A DNA stretch of 52,086 bases from Desulfobacteraceae bacterium UBA5623 (GTDB lineage Bacteria > Desulfobacterota > DSM-4660 > Desulfatiglandales > Desulfatiglandaceae): assembly GCA_002424495.1 (NCBI GenBank), contig DIKH01000397.1:54222-106307 (forward strand), in the 5' to 3' direction. Shown piece after piece: positions 18,126 through 26,414 of the stretch. Positions within the stretch are counted from its first letter, which is position 1; each line of letters opens with the position of its first letter. The notes below the pieces were generated by a model. That model had not been told where the DNA came from and did no database searches. It worked only from the letters and a program-made list of their open reading frames with translations. Both the position numbers and the translations under genes were made by a program.

Positions 18126-21100
18126 GTTTGTTTTTTCTCCTTCCGCGCCTTTTGCTTATCATTTATGTTCAAATGGATATCATTGACTCGATCGCCGGTG
18201 AATTCCCCATCTTTCCAGAGCCACGGATATTGTTCCTTCGGGCGAAATGGTTCCTTGCCCCGGTCCTTTTTCCAATCTATATTCGGCTTCCAACGGAGGA
18301 TTCCAGCTCCTTTCCTCCCGCCTGGAATATCCTGGGCCAAAAAGGGCCGAATATTTAATCGAACCCCGTCATTAATATCGGGTTCCCATCCTATAGGCTG
18401 ATCTTCGATTGGTTTCCAGCGCAGAAAAATATCAAACGGCGGTTCACCTTCAATGATTGCGATGAGTCGTTTCTGAAGCTCCAGGGCTGCGGCCAGACGG
18501 TCTTCCGCGCCGCCTTCTCCTCGTTTGACCCCTTCTCTTTGGCGGGTAATCCACTCACCGAGATAGCTATATGTTAGATTTTCCAGAAGTCGCCGTCCTT
18601 TTCCATTCCCTTCGGCCAGTTTGTGGTAATTCACGAGGGCATGAAACCCGTCTCGCCTGCGGCCATCCCATATGTGCCAAATAAAAGGCCGGTGATGAAA
18701 CAGGTTGCAGTGTTGTTCAAAGAAATGATCGCGTAGCCATTCATCCAAGTTGTAAGCATTTGCCCCTGTGGCTTTGATCAGTTCCTGTTCCACTAATGGT
18801 GACCAATCAGGTCCAAAAGCAGCGACAAGAAGTATGCGAAGCCGGCTATCCGCAGTTTCTTCTCCGCGAACCGAAGGAATGCAGACAATCCCATCTTCAT
18901 CAGTGTATTTTAAAAGTTCTTCACATTCGTTCACCCATTCCCGCTGTTCGTCAGCAAGTTCCATCTTAGGGTCAAGTTCCACAGGCCAGCGGCAGCCTAA
19001 AACCCTCGTCACAGCTACTTGCAACGGATAATCGCTCTGTGCTGGATGACCATGGAAGATCCATTGGGTGGGATCGTCAGAATAAAGTTGTGGCAGGCCG
19101 TTGGGATATTTTTCTTCGGCTACTTTGGTCCAATAGTCGAGGTCGAACGGAACCTTCACAACGGTCGCATTGTTAACCTTGATTCCATCTTCGATAACGT
19201 TGAGCTCTTCCTTGAATTCCGGTGACAAGCAGAAAGTCCAAATTGCCTGAAGTATCGTCTTCTTGTGAGGAATGATTGCAGTAACGTTACTATCAAAATA
19301 TGCGCCACTATAGAGCGAGAAGGTCAAATCTCCCATTAGTTTTACGACTACACCATGTTTACCCCATGCCGTGGTTCCCTGCAACCGAGCGAAGTTGCGC
19401 CCGTTCTCAGCCCAGTCAATAGCGTATCGCATCCCGCCAACGAATCCATTAGATTCAGGTGTTCCTTGAAATGGACGCCAGCGTTCATCAAATGTTGGCA
19501 ACTCCCACCAATTACGGCGGAAACAGCCATCATCCCCGGTCTTGATTCCCTGGGGAGAGTTAGCATACCCACCCAGTGTTTTTACACTACCATGGGCTTC
19601 TAATGTGATCCGGGAGTCAGGACCATTAAGGGCATCTTTCTGTAACACAGTTTGCCACTCGTTAATCGCCAAGCCTTCTGCCTTCTTTTGAATTTCCCCT
19701 GTACTAGCCAAATCCACGCCACCATATTTATGTTCAGCAGAAGGTAAATCGCTTGTGATAATTAGGAGAGCGACGTTTACTACCTCGCCGCTTATCGTCC
19801 CGAAGGCCCCAGGTCCCAGCTTTATCAAGGCATCAAAACGAAATGATTTTAATATCCGTTTACGCAACGCTGAATATGCAGGTAATGAAAGCCAATTCTG
19901 CGGACACACAATCCCCAGTGTTCCAGATTTCTGTGCAAGTTCCAGGGAGCGATCAAGAAAAGCAGTTGCCAAGTCTTGCCGAGAGTCATTGTAATAAAGT
20001 CCGATGAAATTTTTTAAACTCTCCGACTGCTTACCGCGAGCTAGATACGGAACGTTGGTAACAATCAAAGCATAATTTCCCGCGAGAAGTTTAACGGCCT
20101 TGAGCATACCCTTTGCGGCCACCCCCATCTCCACCTTCTCGTCACTCATCTCCTGCGTCAACGCACTGTCGAGAACGGGTTCTATGCTCTTCCAGTCCTG
20201 AGAAAAAAGTGAATACTCCCTCAACATGTGCCGTGGGTTAATAAGGCTTCCTAGAGTCTGAGCATCCTTGAATAGGTTGTAAAGCTGGTCTATATGGAAC
20301 GAGAGCGAACCGTCATTACCCACTAACGTCAGCCAATCTCCTTTCTTGGCGTTGATCGATAACCCCGAACAGGCCACATTTAACTCAGGCAATTGCCTGT
20401 AACCGCCAGCGCCTGGATACCTCCAGGCCGTAAGAGCTAGGGCGAACGCGGCCAGCTCGACACACCGATTGTCTATCTCCAGACCGTGAAGGTTTTCGCA
20501 CAGCACGGCATCCACTGCCTCGCGGGTGGAAAGCCGATCCAATTCCATACGCATAGCTACAAGCATCAAGAAAGCAGCTACCAGAAAATGACCTGAACCA
20601 CAGCAAGGATCGAGGATTTTGAGTTCGCTTAAACGCTCCGGCCAGCCGTCAAAGGTTCCCGTTGCCGGTGTCCATGTCCCATTTTCCTGCTTAACAAGCC
20701 TAAGATATTCCAATGGAACGCTAGGGAGGGCCATCAGGCGACGGCAATCAGCCTCGGTCTGGCATTTTTCCCATTCCTCTTTCAGCCTTCCCCCTTCCTC
20801 ATTGAGCCTTTTCCCGGCCCACCATGCTCCCAGAGAATTATCGAGTAGGAAGCTTACCATATATGGCTCAGTGAAAAGCTGGGTCACCGCCGGCAGTTCA
20901 TCAGCGCCGATTTTATTACCTGATGCGTTTACTTCTTTTTTTCGTTTACCTTGCCAGAATTGATAGACCCATCCTAGTGAATTGCTCGCCGTGAAAATCG
21001 CAGGTTCCAGGCCATTGAGCAAATTTTCCAGCTTCAGTCGATGCTCGCGGGCAAGATTAACATTGAGAACAGGATCATTTGGTCGAAAAATTTGAGGCAA

Positions 21101-21514
21101 CATACTTTGGGCAAATTCACTGGCCAGTGTCCAGAGATCCTTCCCATCTTCTTTTGCCAGTTCCTCGCATTCCTCAAGGCTTATGGCGACACCCGTCTCC
21201 AGCTCTATAAGGAGATCATTTTCAGCCAGAAAACGGGCAAACAGCATTCGATGCCAGTGCTCATAGGCGCATTCCCGCATAAGATGGGTGAGATCCATCT
21301 CACCTTTCCGATTCTGCTTGTCACCCAACTGTCGTGCCCTGGCGCGCAAATGGTTCCGCAGCATACGCTCCTCAGGAGACATGTGGCCATAAGGCTCATG
21401 ATGATGCACGGCAATCGCCTCTAATGCTGCTTTTGCGCCTGCCTCAGCCACACCTCTTGCTTCAACGATTGTCCGTTCCAGTTTATTGCGTAGCTCTGTC
21501 GAAAGTGGGTTCAT
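18122..21514 (-). CDS. pglX: BREX N6-adenine DNA methyltransferase PglX
   Basis: 1130 aa. The SAM motif I is LDPCCGSGHFLV (20585..20614). The catalytic motif IV variant is TNVPY (20045..20056). Size and position match type 1 BREX. Confidence 0.9.
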   Translation of the reverse strand: MNPLSTELRNKLERTIVEARGVAEAGAKAALEAIAVHHHEPYGHMSPEERMLRNHLRARARQLGDKQNRKGEMDLTHLMRECAYEHWHRMLFARFLAENDLLIELETGVAISLEECEELAKEDGKDLWTLASEFAQSMLPQIFRPNDPVLNVNLAREHRLKLENLLNGLEPAIFTASNSLGWVYQFWQGKRKKEVNASGNKIGADELPAVTQLFTEPYMVSFLLDNSLGAWWAGKRLNEEGGRLKEEWEKCQTEADCRRLMALPSVPLEYLRLVKQENGTWTPATGTFDGWPERLSELKILDPCCGSGHFLVAAFLMLVAMRMELDRLSTREAVDAVLCENLHGLEIDNRCVELAAFALALTAWRYPGAGGYRQLPELNVACSGLSINAKKGDWLTLVGNDGSLSFHIDQLYNLFKDAQTLGSLINPRHMLREYSLFSQDWKSIEPVLDSALTQEMSDEKVEMGVAAKGMLKAVKLLAGNYALIVTNVPYLARGKQSESLKNFIGLYYNDSRQDLATAFLDRSLELAQKSGTLGIVCPQNWLSLPAYSALRKRILKSFRFDALIKLGPGAFGTISGEVVNVALLIITSDLPSAEHKYGGVDLASTGEIQKKAEGLAINEWQTVLQKDALNGPDSRITLEAHGSVKTLGGYANSPQGIKTGDDGCFRRNWWELPTFDERWRPFQGTPESNGFVGGMRYAIDWAENGRNFARLQGTTAWGKHGVVVKLMGDLTFSLYSGAYFDSNVTAIIPHKKTILQAIWTFCLSPEFKEELNVIEDGIKVNNATVVKVPFDLDYWTKVAEEKYPNGLPQLYSDDPTQWIFHGHPAQSDYPLQVAVTRVLGCRWPVELDPKMELADEQREWVNECEELLKYTDEDGIVCIPSVRGEETADSRLRILLVAAFGPDWSPLVEQELIKATGANAYNLDEWLRDHFFEQHCNLFHHRPFIWHIWDGRRRDGFHALVNYHKLAEGNGKGRRLLENLTYSYLGEWITRQREGVKRGEGGAEDRLAAALELQKRLIAIIEGEPPFDIFLRWKPIEDQPIGWEPDINDGVRLNIRPFLAQDIPGGRKGAGILRWKPNIDWKKDRGKEPFRPKEQYPWLWKDGEFTGDRVNDIHLNINDKQKARKEKKQT

Positions 21515-21554
21515 TTATGTTCCCAGATGTTCGGATTGCTTGAATTCCGAAAGA

Positions 21555-22295
21555 CTATGTATTTTCAATGTAACTAATTAATATTTTGAAGTTCTTACGA
21601 ATTATATTATCAGTATCTTCGAAAGATTTAGCCCAGATGACTTTCAGGTACTCTATTATCAGCTTCGTATCTTCAGGCTGAGCTGGAATACCTTTGATTT
21701 TAACATAAGGGCCATCCGTTTCTGTTAGAACTCGATCGGAGGGAATCCTCTCGATGATTTTTTGGCCGTTCTTAGATTTTATCATTGCAGGATTAATTGA
21801 AAAATAATGGCCTGCATTAATAAGTTTATCAAGCAAATTTAGGGGACCGTTGTACCAGTGAAAAACAGCTTTTTTGAGTTTATTTTCATTCACTAAATCA
21901 AAGAGACTTTTTTCGGCGCGCCGTGAATGTAAACTAATAAATCGGGGCCGGTCTTTTATTATGTTGAATATTCTTTGAAGGGTATCAATTTGCATCTGCC
22001 TTTTAGAGGCATCTTTTTCAGAAAAATCTAATCCGATCTCACCAATATAAGACGTTTTAATAGCAAGTGTCCTAAATAGATTTTCTTCAAACTTTTTGTT
22101 ACCCGAAAGCATCGGATGGTATCCGAGCGCCAACCGAACATGTTTAAAACCCACGAAATGAGGATAGGCTAAATTGAAATGTTCTGGAAGACTGGTTACA
22201 GCTACTGTTATTATGCCTTTGTCCTCTGCTTTTTTGGCAATTTCGAATGGTTTGGAAAATTGATCTATATGGCAATGTACATCAATCATGATCAA
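21555..22295 (-). CDS. qatD: TatD-family metal-dependent hydrolase, QatD
   Basis: 246 aa with IDVHCHID at the N-terminus and LTETDGPY near the C-terminus (TatD signatures). It overlaps the qatC stop (ATGA). Confidence 0.8.
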   Translation of the reverse strand: MIMIDVHCHIDQFSKPFEIAKKAEDKGIITVAVTSLPEHFNLAYPHFVGFKHVRLALGYHPMLSGNKKFEENLFRTLAIKTSYIGEIGLDFSEKDASKRQMQIDTLQRIFNIIKDRPRFISLHSRRAEKSLFDLVNENKLKKAVFHWYNGPLNLLDKLINAGHYFSINPAMIKSKNGQKIIERIPSDRVLTETDGPYVKIKGIPAQPEDTKLIIEYLKVIWAKSFEDTDNIIRKNFKILISYIENT

Positions 22296-23662
22296 TTCCT
22301 GTAGGTACTAGCCTGTCGTTGTACACGATGTGTTGCTTTGTCGCGTAGTAAGCTCCTAACCTCATCCAATGCTCGAAAAACGACGTTTCCATAATCTGGT
22401 AATTTTGAAATATCGAGATTTCCATTTGCCAAGAGTAAATCGGAGATTTCTTTCCCTGTTGGATTCTTTGACATGAGAGACGCATAAGCCCTGAAATCAT
22501 CCACTAACCCCTTGCTTGAATCTAAATCAACCTCGCCGGAACAGATATCTCTTCCGTAGACTTCAGTATCCAATCCAACTTTATTGAGAGCTGCCCTTCT
22601 GTATATGCAAGGCATACATCTGCCGCATTGTCTTGCAGAGCGTCGTATCCAGGTTTTTCTATGATGAGCTTTTGCGCATGAAACAGAAAGGTTAAAAATA
22701 TTTTCCAATAATTCTCTATTTTGGCATTGTTCAACGCATTCACCCTTGGTCTTAAATTCAAATGGATTCAGCACCCTGTTCGCAATACCTACGCGCTGTA
22801 ATACATGATTGATACTTGTTAAAAAGAAAGGGTGAGCAGTCCTGGTGCTACATGAACCACGACGAGATGGTGTTAAAGGGACGTTTAACGCAATGTTACC
22901 ATTTTCAGGCATGATCAAATTTATATTTTCTCCTGCAGTGGAGGCGACATATATGCCTAAGCCAATAAATAGGATAGAACGACTACGGAAAGATACTTCA
23001 TCGCCTGATGGCGTCTGTCCAGCTCTGACTTGAACGAATTTGACCCGATCACGGTAATGGCCTCTCAATTCATCGATCAAATTTTTTTGGTCAGATTTCG
23101 GCCCACCAACAGCCGGGTCATAATGCCCAACGAATTTAATAGTTGCTGCAGGGTTAGACTCCAACAAGTCTATTGCCCCTATCAAAGAGTCAAGGCCGCC
23201 TGAAAAAAGGCTTATTGTAATTGGCATTGTTTCCTTGATGAAAAGTCCGTACCGATTCCTTTTGGGACGAATCAAACTGCAATCTAAATTTCGATATGAA
23301 ATTTTCCACAAATCACCAGTCAGAAAGGATATTGCACTGTTAAAACTGTCAGCGTTTTGATTCCATAACTCAGGATTGGAGACAGGAATTTCGACCTGCA
23401 ATTGTCGCGTCCAATTATCGATTGAAAGGGATCTCGGTACAAGCTTGTCAATGCAGTAAACAACTGTCGATATAAAAAGAAAATCTATTGAGGGTTTAGG
23501 AGGCAAATCGCATTTATCAAGCAACATTGAAAAATCGATATCGATAGAGGACGAGAGACCGGTGGTACCACTGTTAAGCGTAACAATTGCGAATTCGTTC
23601 TTCGTTGACTCTTGCGGATTTATAGACACAGTGACAATCATATTAGCCCCCGAAAATTTCAT
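22292..23662 (-). CDS. qatC: QueC-like PP-loop ATPase, QatC
   Basis: 456 aa with the PP-loop LFSGGLDSLIGA and a C-terminal Cys cluster CGRCMPC. An alternative ATG at 23641 would remove the 20-nt overlap with qatB. Confidence 0.8.
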   Translation of the reverse strand: MKFSGANMIVTVSINPQESTKNEFAIVTLNSGTTGLSSSIDIDFSMLLDKCDLPPKPSIDFLFISTVVYCIDKLVPRSLSIDNWTRQLQVEIPVSNPELWNQNADSFNSAISFLTGDLWKISYRNLDCSLIRPKRNRYGLFIKETMPITISLFSGGLDSLIGAIDLLESNPAATIKFVGHYDPAVGGPKSDQKNLIDELRGHYRDRVKFVQVRAGQTPSGDEVSFRSRSILFIGLGIYVASTAGENINLIMPENGNIALNVPLTPSRRGSCSTRTAHPFFLTSINHVLQRVGIANRVLNPFEFKTKGECVEQCQNRELLENIFNLSVSCAKAHHRKTWIRRSARQCGRCMPCIYRRAALNKVGLDTEVYGRDICSGEVDLDSSKGLVDDFRAYASLMSKNPTGKEISDLLLANGNLDISKLPDYGNVVFRALDEVRSLLRDKATHRVQRQASTYRN

Positions 23663-24374
23663 AGGTATCTTGCAGGATATTATCCGTGATACTTTGCCCC
23701 TCGGCTCCTCCCCAATTGATCTGGCTTAAATCTCTCTCAGACGCCTTCAGTGCTAAAGAAGATTTTATGGTATCAAAAATACTGTTTAAATATGAATCGG
23801 TATTTACCCTCCCGATTCGGTTCACTAACCGTTCATAAAAGACTCTGCAAAACTGTTCGTAGAGATAATAGCCAAAAAATTTACTTAGCAAGTCTTCAAG
23901 AGCTTCTCCTTCCATGACTTGCTCTAAAACTTCCTCTACTTGTTCAGGAGTTTCCAGGCCACCAAGAAGCTCATCCATTACCTTCGAGAGGGCATTCCTG
24001 GCATCAGAATCATTAATCGTGCTTGCCGGACCGCCAAGCTTATCAATAAGTGCAGGTATTATTTCGCCTGCAGGCTTTCCAGCAAATTCAGAAAGGCCGT
24101 AGGATTCAAGAGTTCGCTGAAGACCAACAGAACCGACAGAGGAAATAAAGTCAGCGACCCTACGTGCCGTATTCTGGGCAGACCTTCCTGCACCGATTGC
24201 TCCTCCCCCTCTGGAGATATTGCGTGCCCCTCCGCTGGTCCCAATAAATCCATGCAAGGTATCTCTTGCAGAACCAGGCGAAACAGAACCACTTCTTGCA
24301 GTTCGCGTTACCTGGCTTTTCAGATCTCCCCAATCAGGAGTGGACGGAGCTTCGTATCCGGTTGATGTGCCCAT
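23643..24374 (-). CDS. qatB: QatB (small Gly/Ser-rich N-terminus protein of Qat systems)
   Basis: 243 aa starting MGTSTGYEAPSTPDWGDL. Its position between the KAP NTPase and the QueC-like gene matches QatABCD order. The call rests mainly on context. Confidence 0.6.
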   Translation of the reverse strand: MGTSTGYEAPSTPDWGDLKSQVTRTARSGSVSPGSARDTLHGFIGTSGGARNISRGGGAIGAGRSAQNTARRVADFISSVGSVGLQRTLESYGLSEFAGKPAGEIIPALIDKLGGPASTINDSDARNALSKVMDELLGGLETPEQVEEVLEQVMEGEALEDLLSKFFGYYLYEQFCRVFYERLVNRIGRVNTDSYLNSIFDTIKSSLALKASERDLSQINWGGAEGQSITDNILQDTYEIFGG

Positions 24375-24380
24375 CTCACC

Positions 24381-26351
24381 TTATCCTTTTTCGGATGTTT
24401 CAATTTTCAATGCTTTCTCCAAAGCTGTCTTAATTTGGGATTTTCTTGAGGTTAACCTTTTGATGACATCATAAAACCGGGATTTTATCCCTGGTTTTTC
24501 CTTAAATAATCCTGCCATATCATACGCAATTGCTGGCGGAATTGATTCGATTGGGGCCTTTGAAAGTGCATTCACGTAGGATTCAATACTACCGGAAACA
24601 TCTTTGTGAATAATCTTTGCAAACGCATCATATCCGGCCTTTTCATCCGGGTGACGTTTAATATGGGTCTCCAATAAGTCGAGAAATGACACTCTCTCGT
24701 CTTCTTTAAAGGACTGTACCGCTTCGACTGCTTTATTTGCTACCACAGTATTATCAGAGAGAATTTCGGATAATGCCAAACGAACGATCGGGGAAATAAG
24801 AGCTGTACCTGAAAGCGTTGACTCCAATCGATCTCTTGCTATCCAGAAATAGTCCCGCAGATCAACGTCTGATAATCGAGGCTCCATTGCCAGCCAACGT
24901 TTAACAGATTTTGTATCCCATCTCGGCTCTGAAATTTTCACGTTTTCTAATTTTTCAACATCGTCGTCAGCTTCAAGAACAAGGTTTTCCCATTTTTCTA
25001 TCTGTTTTGGGAAGCCGTCCTGGCTTTGCTGCCAATCGAAAAGGGCTTTGAATTCCTTTATATGAGCGTATTCTAAGATCATGAGTTTGACCAGGACATC
25101 ATCCCTGATATTGCTTAAATTCGCGACCCTTGCGAGTTCCTTTCTTAATACAAATGCATTGAGGAATCTTTTGATCTGGCGCGGGTTCCCTTTCAGTCCT
25201 TCCGTAATGAGTGGAGAGGCTTGAGATGAAAAAGTCAGGCTCCTGGATAAATCTTCGGGCAATTTACCAATCGCCTTCTCCACATCAGCATACCCAAAGA
25301 CAGAATATCGGTTTTCTTCTCGTGCCTCCTTGCAACAGGTTACACACTGATCGAAACGACCAGAATCAAGCATTCTTTGACAAAAAAGGAGCGTCATATA
25401 AGTTTCAACTTCAGCAGGTGATAGGCGCGGAAGACGGTATGGAACTTGGATAAGCTTTTCAAGGTAATCAGTAATTAAACTGTCAGCGGTTTCGCTATCT
25501 TCTTGACCTCGCATCTGATCTGGAGTGTAGGTGACAGCGATTGCGTGCCTTACAATCCTGGGATCTGCGCCGATCACAAAAGCCGTTTTATCCACGTTCA
25601 AGAAAAGCTTGATTGCTTCAAGATTCTCAATGATTCTTTCAGGTGAGCATCTATCAAGATCATCGACCAATATAACAAGGCCCTGAATATCACTATCCTT
25701 AAGCATCTGAGAAAACCGATCGCGAAAAGATCGAACATCCAACGGACTTGCTGGTGTTTTGTCCGATTTAATCAGTCCTTCCCAGTTGACCTTATCAGTA
25801 CCAGAGGCTTTCTCACCCTTTGGAGCCTCAGGACTTTCCTCTTGCCCTTCATCACCGCAAATTCCTACAAGGCCCATGGCAGATCTCATTAGGGAAGGAA
25901 CAATCGTTGCACCACCTGAGATATAAGCGGCAATAGCGGGGAGGGCCACTTCTTTAAACCCGAGCCTCGCGGCACGCATCCAATTGACAGACTTCATTAA
26001 AGACACGACCTTGTCTCTGACTTTGGGGCCGAATCGCTGATGTTCACCCAACTGAAGCAGGACAGAGCTGATAATTGCAGATTTCGCATCATCATATCCT
26101 TCGAAAAGCCATCCGTTGAAATAAAGGCAGGCAATCTTTTCATATTTAGCCCTCTCTGCAGGATCAGTGTAACTATTCGGATCTAAATCCGATTCAAGCA
26201 TCTTCATGATGCTTGTTTTCCCACCGCCCCAATCCCCAAAAACTCCAATCGTGATCGGCAATAAATCAGGGTTTGTGACAACTGAGCGAATCAAGTCTGC
26301 ATGCACCCTGAAACCAAGAAGATCGAGGGTTGTCTCATTATCTGACCACAT
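24381..26351 (-). CDS. qatA: KAP-family P-loop NTPase, QatA
   Basis: 656 aa with N-terminal Walker A GDWGGGKTS and Walker B-like LVILVDDLDRC. It is the first gene of a 4-gene cassette. Confidence 0.75.
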   Translation of the reverse strand: MWSDNETTLDLLGFRVHADLIRSVVTNPDLLPITIGVFGDWGGGKTSIMKMLESDLDPNSYTDPAERAKYEKIACLYFNGWLFEGYDDAKSAIISSVLLQLGEHQRFGPKVRDKVVSLMKSVNWMRAARLGFKEVALPAIAAYISGGATIVPSLMRSAMGLVGICGDEGQEESPEAPKGEKASGTDKVNWEGLIKSDKTPASPLDVRSFRDRFSQMLKDSDIQGLVILVDDLDRCSPERIIENLEAIKLFLNVDKTAFVIGADPRIVRHAIAVTYTPDQMRGQEDSETADSLITDYLEKLIQVPYRLPRLSPAEVETYMTLLFCQRMLDSGRFDQCVTCCKEAREENRYSVFGYADVEKAIGKLPEDLSRSLTFSSQASPLITEGLKGNPRQIKRFLNAFVLRKELARVANLSNIRDDVLVKLMILEYAHIKEFKALFDWQQSQDGFPKQIEKWENLVLEADDDVEKLENVKISEPRWDTKSVKRWLAMEPRLSDVDLRDYFWIARDRLESTLSGTALISPIVRLALSEILSDNTVVANKAVEAVQSFKEDERVSFLDLLETHIKRHPDEKAGYDAFAKIIHKDVSGSIESYVNALSKAPIESIPPAIAYDMAGLFKEKPGIKSRFYDVIKRLTSRKSQIKTALEKALKIETSEKG

Positions 26352-26414
26352 TATTAAGATCCTCTTAATTGCTTACAATAATTATAGGTTTCCTATAAGC
26401 ATATATTTTCGTCT

